A stretch of 63,519 nucleotides of DNA, filler included, from Pelomyxa schiedti (Eukaryota > Protista > Evosea): NCBI GenBank assembly GCA_020536535.1. It is 11 parts of 11 records of this genome, joined end to end, with 100 filler letters (N's around TTAATTAATTAA, not from the genome) between each part and the next. Parts side by side here need not be neighbours in the genome. Positions count along the whole stretch, not along the records: positions 12,804 to 22,348 come from JAHLWZ010000205.1; positions 22,449 to 23,958 come from JAHLWZ010002456.1; 9 more parts are not named here. One strand, given 5' to 3'. Shown one piece after another: positions 12,704 to 23,577 of this stretch. The notes under the pieces are model-generated. The model saw nothing but the letters and a program-made list of their open reading frames with translations, was not told the origin of the DNA and ran no database searches. Numbering within the stretch: position 1 is the first letter of the stretch; each line of letters opens with the position of its first letter. A program made the position numbers and the translations under genes.

Positions 12704-12803
12704 NNNNNNNNNNNNNNNNNNNNNNNNNNNNNNNNNNNNNNNNNNNNTTAATTAATTAANNNNNNNNNNNNNNNNNNNNNNNNNNNNNNNNNNNNNNNNN
12801 NNN
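12704..12803. other. Artificial scaffold-joining spacer 44N-TTAATTAATTAA-44N (also at 22349, 23959, 50314, 53089, 55071, 57969, 59433, 60827, 62390)
   Basis: Identical 100-bp structure ten times; the 12-mer puts stop codons in all six frames. Sequences across these spacers are not known to be adjacent. Confidence 0.97.
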
Positions 12804-12968
12804 CTGCCGAAAGTGTTCGCTGTGCTTGGTGATGTGTACGACACTGGCCAATGTGGCATGGCAAAGGACGCGAGGGAGGCTGTGAGGTGGTACAGGCTGG
12901 CCGCCGCATCGACGCCATTATACCGGCGTCAAACAGACAAACTCAAGGCCTACATGGGAGGAAACTGA
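12804..12968 (+). CDS. 3' fragment of the Sel1-repeat gene (second copy)
   Basis: LPKVFAVLGDVYDTGQCGMAKDAREAVRWYRLAAASTPLYRRQTDKLKAYMGGN*; differs from 17050-17214 by one Q/R change. Confidence 0.85.
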   Translation: MPKVFAVLGDVYDTGQCGMAKDAREAVRWYRLAAASTPLYRRQTDKLKAYMGGN

Positions 12969-13829
12969 TGAACACATGAAAAACAAAGCAGCATACCCTT
13001 TTTAAATTAATCACCCTGTGACTGTTTGTCGATGTTGCATCTTAGAATGTGTGCAGGGTTTTGGATTCGGGTCTTCTTTCACATCTCTCGTGAAAGCAGG
13101 GATGTAGCGTAAATACCAAGCATAATATTAGTATGCCATGTTATCTATCCAGTACTGTGTATTGGTGAATGGTGCTCACTTATAATGTTTGAACAAATAA
13201 GAACAATTGTTTAATAAGAATGCAGATGGCATGCACCGCAAACCGTTTGGGGAGTAAGTTGGGTTCATTACCGGGTCTGTTTGAGATGCCTTCTTTGGGT
13301 TAGGTGGGTTGGAGAATGACTACCTCATAAGCACAAAGCCACCATGAATATAAACAAGCGCCGGAAAACCAGCAGCAGCTTTTAGAAGTGTAAGGGAGAG
13401 AATTTGGCAGGTAAAACGCACGAGGGGTACAGTGTAATCCTCTTGTGCAGGAATATCCACTATCTCAGCAAATACATGTGGCGTTCATCACCAAACTGCA
13501 ACCAACAGACCATAAAGTAAGTCATTTTCAAAAAGAAACCTAAATTATTTGGTAAATTATCGATAATGGAAAATTTTTATTTGTGGTTTACATTGTTTAC
13601 TCCGTGCCAGCCTCGCCGCCCACATTGGCACCTCAGCCACAACCTCGCGTATCACTACCAGCAGAACTAACATCCCGACACAACAGCGAAGGGACCCAGC
13701 TGATACTTATTGTGGGTTGCTGTGCGCCGGCGCACACCCAACACACCCACAAGTATGAATTTGGAAGTCCCTGTCACTTTTTATGCCCATTCGGGGAACC
13801 AAGTTCTTGCCGAGTGCAGAAAAGGAAAA

Positions 13830-13965
13830 AGACAACTGCATCGTCTCCGCACAGCTGTTGGTCGTTGGTTCAAATCCAACCATCGGGTGTGTTTGTTTGG
13901 AGCCGAACAAACTAGCACACAAGGTGTAGCTCAATTGGAAGAGCAGCAGAATGACCTCGTTGTCT
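13830..13965 (+). tRNA. Circularly permuted tRNA-like element, copy A (3' half 13854-13888, 5' half 13920-13950); isotype unresolved, Tyr-like
   Basis: T-arm GTTGG-TTCAAAT-CCAAC; variable loop TGGTC; acceptor 3' strand CATCGGG. Then a spacer hairpin, then TA-GCTC-AATTGGAA-GAGC-A-GCAGA (D-arm and anticodon 5' stem), where GCAG pairs with upstream CTGT. T12 run at 13989-14000. Confidence 0.6.
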
Positions 13966-14186
13966 CCAAATAACCACTCTGGCCCAAATTTTTTTTTTTT
14001 ACCTATTTGTGCTGAGGTGATGGTGACTAATTGTGGGTACTTTTAAGGCCACAGACCGAACATAATAAAAGAGAATTCTCCACACGCCTCTTCACGACCT
14101 CCGCACACTAAGCAATTTTCAGGGGTGTTACAAGTTTACAGTGGTGGTAATGCCACCACCAGACTTGAAGAATCTTATTCTCTGGG

Positions 14187-14377
14187 TTAGGGACTTATGT
14201 TGATTGGAAGAAAAGGATCATACCCATCTTGTGCTGATGAAGAGATGCTTGGAATAACAGTGGAATGGTAGGTGGTTGACCCACCTGATAGCGATTCTGA
14301 TGTTGCCATCCCAGTGCCGGTCAGTTGCTTGCTGCTTTCCGGCCTCATTTCGTCAAGGGGAGGGCCGCCTCCACAGC
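14187..14377 (-). CDS. C-terminal tail of the GPCR (second copy)
   Basis: Same sequence as 18360-18535 but ends ...GYDPFLPINISP* (TAA at 14187-14189). Confidence 0.75.
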
Positions 14378-14477
14378 NNNNNNNNNNNNNNNNNNNNNNN
14401 NNNNNNNNNNNNNNNNNNNNNNNNNNNNNNNNNNNNNNNNNNNNNNNNNNNNNNNNNNNNNNNNNNNNNNNNNNNNN

Positions 14478-15143
14478 CCACCATGTCTTGTGTGGGTTTC
14501 TTCTTGAAAGAAAACCCCTTTTCTTCTAGAGTTTGAAAGAACTTGTGGTTCTCCTCTTTGGTCCAGTGAGCTTCATTTGTGGAGGGTTTCTGTTGGGGCT
14601 GGGGGAAGTGCCTGTGTTGATGAGGAAGAGGTTGTACTGTGTGGAATTGAAAATCCACACAGTATCGAGTTCTCAACATTGTGTGAAAATGTTCTCGTAA
14701 TCTTTGGTTGTGGTGATTGCAACAACTCTGTGGTTTCTCTGGCTGACTTGAATGGTAGCTACCAACAGAAGCACTTGGTTCTCACCTCCCAGCTATTATT
14801 CAGTGACCCTTTGACAACAGGACTGATGTGGAACCTTGATGGCACACTATGCACATTGCACCACAAGGGGGGGTACTACGTTGCCAATTCCAGGCACCAC
14901 AGATTTCCCGAGGGGTGTCAAGTGACACAAATTGGCCAGTCACACCTGTTTGCTTCCCCACCAGAGTACAGGAGCCCATTCACAGTGTACCACACTGAGA
15001 CTGCCATGGCGTCGCCCTCCCTGAGTGTCCCATGCACGTGGGCATCTCCCAGCATCCAGCAACCATCAGGCCTCATTCTTTCAACAACTCACAGATGTGG
15101 TGCTGATGACGAAGCCACCTGTGCTCCCACTATCACTTCATGA
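14478..15143 (+). pseudogene. 3' fragment of a lineage-specific beta-rich family member, probably disrupted
   Basis: SVVSLADLNGSYQQKHLVL resembles LFVDLENSCAAGVVV of 49069-50244. In-frame TGA near 14504; 5' end lost in the N gap. Confidence 0.45.
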
Positions 15144-15415
15144 TGGCGTGGCTGGTGTGCTCATTGGTGTGTTCACTGTGCCTTTGTCCTCAACTCTGGT
15201 TTTCGATCCCTTCTGCTGAAAAATCTTCGAACCAAACCAGCAAAAACAGAAACCATTGGCTACACTCTTCGCCAATCAGTTCCGAGAAAAAACCCCTGAC
15301 CTGACCTGTTTTTTTAGACATCACTCCCCTGCGTCAAGGGTTTAAACCCCCAGATCTCGGTTTTTGTTATTTTTCCGTTTTAATCCCACACAAAGTACAC
15401 GTCGCGCGACACGCA

Positions 15416-17214
15416 ATGCACAACCGCACGAAGAATAGCGGGAAGGGGAAGCGCCGCGAGACACAACACCAACAATCAGGGGGACCTGTGTCTCCTCCAC
15501 CATCGCAACAACAACCACCATCGCAACAACAACCATCTCCAACAAATGCCGATCCTTCAAATCGCTCTTCGTCGGCGTCACCGGAACGTACAACAAAAGA
15601 CGAGATTGCGGAAGAGTGCATAACGGCGTTTGCGTTGGGTGACAACGACCGAGCTTATGACTTCTGCATCGCACTCCTAACTGGATGCAACGACAGCATT
15701 CACCAAGGAAAAGCAACACTTCAAAATCAGCTGAGTGTCCTCGATCAAGTGCAAAAGCAGTTGCAGGACACCAAGTGCAAGGAGGGGAACAATGCACCCA
15801 GAAGTGGTGACAGCAAGAATGATGGGGGGCCGCTGGTTTCATCAGCACTTGGGCAACTGGTGTGGCTTTTCTTGGTTCTCACAGAGCCTAGGCTCCTCAA
15901 GCCGCTGTGGCCATTGGACAGAGTTGTGAGCTCAAAAAATGTGATGAGAAATGCGAAGCGTCATCCACTGAGTGCACAGAAATGGATGGTTGGGTTTCTG
16001 AAGAACATGACATCCTCTGTTGGTGCTGACAATTCACTGAGTTTTGGTACTTCTTCAATTTTAAAATTTTATCACGATTATTTCATAATGGCAATGAATG
16101 TAATTCACTTTTCCTCCAATTAGGTTACCTATCCTCCAAGAACTTGGCACACTTCCTGCTTGGAGTTGCCCTCTCCCTTGAGTACGGACCTTGGCCTTTC
16201 ACTGATGAGGCTTGCAGTATGGAACACATTAAAGTTGCAGCAGATGGTGGTGACCAAAGGGCACAGCATTGGATGCATAGAAAGCATGGTGCACAGTATT
16301 TGGCACTGCTTCGCAGGTCGGCCTCACAAGGATACTGCCCTGCCCTCTATGACCTTGGGTGTGTGAACATGGGAATGGGAGGGACCACGCCACTGTTGGA
16401 TGCTGCAGAGGGTCTCAGGCTGTTTCAAATTGGAGCTGATAGAGGAGATGCATGGTGCCAGATGCAGGTGGCCAGCCATCTGCCAGAGGCTGAGGCAATG
16501 AGGTGGATTAGACTTGCCTCTGACCAAGGCTTGCCTAGAGCACAGTGCATTATGGCAGGACCGGAGAAAAACAAAGATGCTGCATTACGCTTGCTGAGGC
16601 TCTCTGCTGCCCAAGGCATGGTAGAATCGCAATTGAGGCTTGGGCTTTTCTTCACCCTCAAAGAACCAAATGACTTCTTGGCCGCGGAGTACCTTACATT
16701 GGCTGCAAATGCAGGCAACCACTTGGCTGAATACTACCTGGGCAAGTGCTATCTGGCGGGAACAGGAGTTGAGAAGGACGACGCAGAGGCACTCAGGCTG
16801 CTACAGAAGGCCGCACAAGGCGGCATGCCAAGGGCCCACTGCGAAATTGGGATGATGTACTACCGAGGCACCGCAGCGACTCCGCGAGACATCAGAAAGA
16901 CCATTCACCACTGCAGGCTTGCTGTTCAACAGGACCCGGAGCAGACCGCCGACGCCTGCTTTCTGCTGAGCACACTCATGTTCGCTGGGGTCATTGCCGG
17001 CACCCCACGCGAGGCCATGGACTTGCTCCAGAAGTCGGCGGTGCCTGACCTGCCGAAAGTGTTCGCTGTGCTTGGTGATGTGTACGACACTGGCCAATGT
17101 GGCATGGCAAAGGACGCGAGGGAGGCTGTGAGGTGGTACAGGCTGGCCGCCGCATCGACGCCATTATACCAGCGTCAAACAGACAAACTCAAGGCCTACA
17201 TGGGAGGAAACTGA
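15416..17214 (+). CDS. Sel1-like repeat protein, 2 exons (15416-16046, 16124-17214)
   Basis: Repeated Sel1 consensus, e.g. AEYYLGKCYLAGTGVEKDDAEALRLLQKAAQGG and AHCEIGMMYYRG. A 77-nt GT-AG intron restores the frame. Confidence 0.9.
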
Positions 17215-18097
17215 TGAACACATGAAAAACAAAGCAGCATACCCTTTTTAAATTAATCACCCCTGTTAATTTGACTGTTGTTGTCGATGTTGCATCTTAC
17301 ACCCTTGCACATTCTCGGGTTTTGTATTCGGATCTTCTTTCACAACTCACATGGGCTCTGATCGAAACTTTGCCCGGTCCCTCGTGAAAGCACTCAGGGA
17401 TGCTGCGTAAATACCAAGCATAATATTAGTATGCCATGTTATCTATCCGGTACTGTGTGTTGGTGAATGGTACTCACTTGTGAGAATTTAATAATGTTTG
17501 AACATTATTAAAATTCTATTAATAAGAATGCAGATGGCATGTACCGCAAACTGTTTGGGGAGTAAGTTGGGTTCATTACCGGGTCTGTTAAAATGCCTTC
17601 TTTGGTTTAGATGGGTTGGAGAATGGATGACTACCTCAAGCCACCGCCATGAATAAACAACCGTCGGAAAACCAGCAGCAGCTTTTGTAAGGGAGAGAAT
17701 TTGGGTACAGTATAATCCTCTTGTGCAGGAATATCCACTATCTCAGCAAATACATGTGACGTTCACCACCAAACTGCAACCAACAGTGACTAAAAAGAAC
17801 CCAAATTATCTATAATGTTAAATATTAAGCACCTTGCCCATGGCAGTAACGCCACCCCCGCGCCCACAATTACTCCGTGCCAGCCCTCGCCGCCCATTGC
17901 ACCGCAGCCACAACCTCGCGTGTCACTACCAGCAGTAGCACCCCGACACAACAGCGAAGGTACCCAGCTGGCTGATAGCTTATTGTGGGTTGCTGTGCCG
18001 CACACCCAACACACCCACAAGTATGAATTTGGAAGTCCCTGTCACTTTTTATGCCCATTCGGGGAACCAAGTTCTTGCCGAGTGCAGAAAAGGAAAA

Positions 18098-18233
18098 AGA
18101 CAACTGCATCGTCTCCGCAAAGCTGTTGGTCGTTGGTTCAAATCCAACCATCGTGTGTGTTTGTTTGGAGCCGAACAAACTAGCACACAAGGTGTAGCTC
18201 AATTGGAAGAGCAGCAGAATGACCTCGTTGTCT
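18098..18233 (+). tRNA. Circularly permuted tRNA-like element, copy B (3' half 18122-18156, 5' half 18188-18218)
   Basis: Same arms as copy A. Acceptor 3' strand CATCGTG pairs 6/7 with CAAGGTG. A-box TAGCTCAATTGG lies about 60 nt downstream of B-box GGTTCAAATCC. Confidence 0.6.
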
Positions 18234-20005
18234 CCAAATAACCACTCTGGCCCAAATTTTTTTTTTTTTACCTGCTATTTTCAGGGGAGTTACAAGTTTA
18301 CAGTGGTGGTAATGCCACCACCAGACTTGAAGAATCTTATTCTCTGGGTTAGGGACTTTGATTGGAAGAAAAGGATCATACCCATCTTGTGCTGATGAAG
18401 AGATGCTTGGAATGACAGTGGAATGGTAGGTGGTTGACCCACCTGATAGCGATTCTGATGTTGCCATCCCAGTGCCGGTCAGTTGCTTGCTGCTTTCCGG
18501 CCTCATTTCGTCAAGGGGAGGGCCGCCTCCACAGCNNNNNNNNNNNNNNNNNNNNNNNNNNNNNNNNNNNNNNNNNNNNNNNNNNNNNNNNNNNNNNNNN
18601 NNNNNNNNNNNNNNNNNNNNNNNNNNNNNNNNNNNACAGTGGAATGGTAGGTGGTTGACCCACCTGATAGCGATTCTGATGTTGCCATCCCAGTGCCGGT
18701 CAGTTGCTTGCTGCTTTCCGGCCTCATTTCGTCAAGGGGAGGGCCGCCTCCACAGCAGCACTCGCACACCCGGTGGTGCCGCAGAGTGTTGCGGAGTTTG
18801 GAGAACAGGGAAAGGTCATAAGCGTAGAAAATACTGTTGAAAAATCCCAGTAGCGGCGCTGTACACACTTGAAGCAAGTATAAAATAAATACCTTGGTGT
18901 TGTTTAGTGGTTTGAGGGATTGGGAGAAACCGTACATCATTATCGGAAATCCAATTCTGTGGGATGTAAGAAAGAGGAGGTGCATTAAAAAAAACAACCT
19001 GGATTCGATTGACCATAGGAAATATCCACACCAACACAAATACAACAGGATAAATCGCAAGTTGTTGCATCATTATCTGAATGGAATTAATTGTTGAACA
19101 AAGCGAGGGAAAAAAACCTGATACGAAGTCCTTGGGCCGTTTCTTGCCAGAAGGAGACTCATTCTCGATTTGGCAAATGTTTTATAAGCCATGCGGAACA
19201 CCAGAACGTAGATTACAATCATTACGGTTGTACAACAAGACAGCGGTACGTAGAACGCCACCAGCTGCCACATATGACCAAGCTTATCCGCACTGGTTAT
19301 CCAGCACCAATAGCCGGCCGGCCCATAATCACTGGTATATGTGTTAGATATCATGGAGTTGCGTTTGTTAAGGGTTAAGTCGGCAAACCTTGTGAGGCAA
19401 GGGAGAATAGTCAGCAGAAACGCACCAAAGTAGACAAAGCCGAGCAAAATAATCTCGAATTTCAGAGTTGTGCCCTTTTTGAGGACCAAACCCCACAGTA
19501 GATGAACAGCAATCGCTGTGACCCAAGCAAATTCCATCTGGCATTACTGGATTAACCAACCGGAGAAAAAGGTCTGTGAAGCATACACACCACTTGTCCA
19601 AACTGCATTATTATCGCCTGGGCGATACAAAGTGGGTCCAATTCAGGCTTGGCTCCAATTCCTGCACACAATTGCGTTACTCTTGACCGCACTGCCAACA
19701 TACCAACAGGCACAAATCGACAATCAATCATTCCTGTAAGAGACATGTGTAGAGGCCATACCGATGCTCAACAAGTTCGCCAGGGAGGCAACGAGGGAGC
19801 TTGCCAGGAGGTACAGCACGAGCCTCGATGCTGTTGTCTTCCACTGCCTGAGGCACAGCGACACCAGCAGCACCGACGATGTGCCCGCGAGCGACAGGGC
19901 CGACATCGACACCCTCACCCACACGATGGCCAGCGCCTGCTGGTCGCTCAGCCTCCCGTCGTAGCCGCCATCGCTCTCTGGTGCTGGTGGGCTCGTGTCT
20001 GCCAT
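18180..20005 (-). CDS. 7-TM GPCR, cAMP-receptor-like/GCR1-like, multi-exon
   Basis: Seven hydrophobic segments; motifs SRLVLYL, CIAQAIIMQFG, YGPAGYWCWI, QLAIYPVVFVLVWIFPMVNRI, APLLGFFNSIFY; CECCC in the tail. The 18536-18635 gap is flanked by a 120-bp duplicated overlap (18416-18535 = 18636-18755), so the tail is probably contiguous. Confidence 0.85.
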
Positions 20006-20338
20006 CCTCCCCGTGGAGTCGTCGGGTGGCTGTTGCTCGCTCCTTTTGTTGGGTTTGTCAGTACAAATGGCGACCAACTGACGTGACGGCACGTGACTGT
20101 GCCACGGTCGTCGTCACGTTGAATCGTTCGTGTACGTGAACGAGAAAAAAATGAAAAGTTTTGATCGAGGCGGAGGAGGAAGCTTGTCAGCCGTGAGGCG
20201 TGACAAACCGCAAATGCCTGGCCGCTTTCAAATCACACTGCGGTTTTTTACTTTTTTGTTTCCCAGGTGTGAAGTTGTGTTTATGAAGACAACAGGCAGG
20301 GCATTTGTGTCAAATGTTTTTTCCCCCAATGAATGAAT

Positions 20339-22282
20339 TCAGGAAGAACTTGTTTTTGGTTTTGGTTTTGTTGAATGGTTTGTGACTGTGGTGGTGTATG
20401 TTGGGGTTGTGGTCTCTGTTTTTGTTGGTTTGGGCTTTGTGGTTGTGGTGTTCCTTCCTTTTGCGTTTATGAGAGGAAGCTGCTTGATTTTACCAGACTG
20501 TGCGGCTGTTATCCACCACCATCCAAGCCTCCTTCTGCGGTCATTCTCAAAGTCAATCACAAAGCAACCCTGGTCATCCTTCCTGACAACAGAGCCCCGG
20601 CTCTTGAAGTTGCTGGCGTTAGGGTGTATTATGACCACCTTGGATCCAATTCTGAGGTCCAGAATCATGCTCTTTGATGGGTCATAGGTGCCGGTCTCAG
20701 CGTCAAAGGGCAACTGTGAAGTGTTGTTAGTTGATCTGGGGTTGATATTATTTATATGTTGTTAGAAACATATGAAATAACTACACCGTGGATGCCGGTA
20801 TTTTAAATTTATTATTGGAAATGTGGGAATTTGGAAGAGATACCTTGAATGAACAGTCACTGCCAAATGGGGGTGAGGGTGCCGGCAGAACTTCAAGGGA
20901 AAGCAGCTCCGCAAGGATGCGGAATGCCTCGTCAAGAAGGGCCCACACCCTGATGCAGCAGTGGCTGTCAAGGTGAGTCCGCTGGAGGTTGATTATCACG
21001 GTGCCGGTGGCCTTGGGTGGATTCAAAAGGGATCGCTTTGCAGTCTTCGTAGCAATTCGGTCAGCATTCATTCCCTACCACAGGTTTGTGAGAAAGGAAA
21101 AAAAAAGAATTTCGTGAGAAACTATTATTATATTACCGACAGTGAGGTGCCCAAGCACAAGCATAAATCCACCTTCTTCTCAATTTCACACATTCCTTCA
21201 AACAAATCATTCCTCAAGCTGCCACTGAATTTAACAACGGGATTGCTTGGGTCAAACCACGCCCTAAACGGATGATTGAATGAACGATTCTAAAGTGCGA
21301 GTGATGGTGATACCCATGAATTTCATTGATTTTCCACTGAGGATAGCCCGCTTTTTGTGGAAGTCCATCACTAAGTGGAGGTCAATTTGGCAATAATTTC
21401 AGTTCAGTTTTTCGTACTGATTTTGTTGAACATAGTAGTGCAAATAGCCCGCTCTCTCCATTGCAGCAAGAACAAGGTGTGCGAATGTGGGTTTGGCATC
21501 GAGACTGGTCTTGAGGGCTGGTCCCTATTTAAACACAGTATTGAATCAACCCCAATTGAGAAAAAATTCCCACCTTGGAACCGGTCACAGATGCCCCTTT
21601 TGTGGCATAGTCGGGAATTCCACTTTCATTCACAAACAATGTCAGCAGAATTCGAGGGAGAAGAGTTTAAACACCTGGACTTGCTCAGGCCGGCACCAGT
21701 ATAAGCGACACACATCGAATTTCCCTTGACAAGACCGGCAACCAGCTCCATTTTTTTATACAGAATCTTTGGTGGATCCATGTACTCACTTGCCTCGGTT
21801 TTGCATGAGGTGGAATTAAATTATTACATTTGCGGTATGCGTACTTTGATTGTGTTTCCTTGATCCGCCCTATTTGCCACTTCTGACTTCATTACCCTCA
21901 CTGGTCGAGGCCATGCTGGTCCGCCACACTATTCAGTGAGTGTAAGTACCATTAATAATAATGAGACAAATTACCATAATACATTATGGCTCGTTTTAGA
22001 TACTAAGTAAAAACGACTCGGCCGCCAACAACGGGTTTCCGGCGGTGTTAAATTACATTATGATAAGTTGAACCAATTGCGATACTATACGGTTCTACGC
22101 ACAAGGAAGCCATTGCACCCGCTCATCCCCGCGGCCTCCTCCTCGTCCTCGTCCTCATCATCGTAGTCCTCGTCACCGCCATCATCCACGGAAGCAACAA
22201 TGGGATCATCACCAGTTACTGTCTCACTGCTGCTTGTTGTTGTTGATGTGCTTGTTGTCGTTGTTGCTGCTGCGTTTGACAT
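20339..22282 (-). CDS. Sir2-family NAD-dependent deacylase (SIRT6/7-like) lacking the zinc-binding module, with an extra C-terminal domain
   Basis: Spliced motifs: EYMDPPKILYKKMELVAGLV..CVAYTGAGLSKSSGIPDY, AKPTFAHLVLAAMERAGY, QQNHDGLPQKAG, EIHG, DLCLCLGTSLSG, VIINLQRTHLD. All introns used are GT-AG. Confidence 0.88.
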
Positions 22283-22448
22283 TTAAATGCAATGTTGTTT
22301 CGTAAACCTCTTCTTTCGGGGAAATCAAAATGAGTCAAAGCGTTGTGGNNNNNNNNNNNNNNNNNNNNNNNNNNNNNNNNNNNNNNNNNNNNTTAATTAA
22401 TTAANNNNNNNNNNNNNNNNNNNNNNNNNNNNNNNNNNNNNNNNNNNN

Positions 22449-23499
22449 TCCTCACATACTGACAGATTTCAAGACAGCTGCTGGTCTTGCCTGCAATGCA
22501 GCTCGTGAAAGTCAAGGATGAAGAAGCCACAGTCAATTTAGGAAACATTTCAAAGCACCACTTGACAACATCCAGGTTCTCACTCCTGCATGCCTTTGCG
22601 TGCAACTCAACATAGCTGTATCTCCGGAACCTTTCCACCAAACCAAATGTGCCAACCATCCACTGCGCCAACTCCAAGTGGCCCCCAGCCAGTGCACTCT
22701 CAAGTGGCTGCAGAAACTCCGACGGATCCCTGATCCCAAACCTCTGGACCAGCCACTTGGCCACGGCAGTCCATCCCCTCCGACACACGCCCAACAGTAT
22801 CCCAGATGCCCTCACATGGTCACGCAAATCTTGCTCTCCCCAATAACTCCCACTCCCACAACCGACGACATCGACATCAACACCCATCCACGTGAGGCCA
22901 GGCCAGCCCCCTCCGAGGAGCCTCTGGGCCTCCCCCAGGTGCCCGCCCACGCACAGCCCCCCGAGCACGCACATGAACTCCTTGTTCTCCCTCCTCCTCC
23001 GCATCCTCTCCGTGATGGCCCTCTGCTGCTGAGGTGCACCACCACCACCATCACCATCACCATCACCCTCTCGCTCTGCCTCCCCCTCCTCCTCGTTCCC
23101 TCTCGCGGCCGTACTCCTCCTCGACGCGATGAGCCAGTCCACGCACGAGGTGCTCCCTGCCTCGGCCGCCGCGAGCAGGGCCGCGTGCCACTTGTGGGTG
23201 TGTGCCACGAGGGCCCTGCGCACGAGTCCCCTCAGCGGGAACAGCGCCTCGCCCACCACGCACAGATCCACCGCCTGCGTCGAGGACAGCGTCGGTGCGC
23301 CGCCGTCGCCTCGGCCGTCGCTGCGGCCGCTGCCGGGGCGGCGCATCTCGGGCACGAGCCAGGGCACAAGGACGGCGTCCCACACCACGCGCGACACCAT
23401 CACGGCGCGTTCCAGCGCCATCTCCCTCGTCGTCGTCGTGCTGGTGGTCGTGCTTCTCGTCGACGATTGTGCGGCAGTGGGGGGGTTGTCTGGGTCCAT
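22449..23499 (-). CDS. Hypothetical protein with degenerate ankyrin-like repeats, 3' truncated by spacer
   Basis: Long GC-rich ORF with repeats ALLAAAEAGSTSCVDWL, GLCVGGHLGEAQRL, SALAGGHLELAQWM, KACRSENLDVVKW. Confidence 0.7.
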
Positions 23500-23577
23500 T
23501 CCCTTTCGTGGATTATTTGAAAACAAACTTGTTTTTTTCCTACAACTAAAACCGTTTGGGTTGGAGATCTGGTCTGA

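Larger units (their letters stand above)
12804..14377 (+). repeat. Second copy (duplicate or alternative haplotype) of 17050-18535
   Basis: Collinear near-identity over the Sel1 3' end, the intergenic region, the tRNA-like element and the GPCR tail, with scattered SNPs and indels. Both copies end at the same base (...ccgcctccacagc) before an N gap. Confidence 0.95.

Noticed and set aside
12748-12759. TTAATTAATTAA motif recurring ten times as a biological repeat
   Set aside because: Always centred in 44N+44N; an artificial six-frame-stop contig linker.
13583-13915. Plus-strand ORFs conserved in both duplicate copies (also 17815-18183)
   Set aside because: Conservation is explained by the duplication; starts and indels differ between copies, and the frame overlaps the tRNA-like element.
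18536-18755. Apparent tandem repeat in the GPCR tail
   Set aside because: An exact 120-bp overlap on both sides of a 100-N gap; an unmerged contig overlap.
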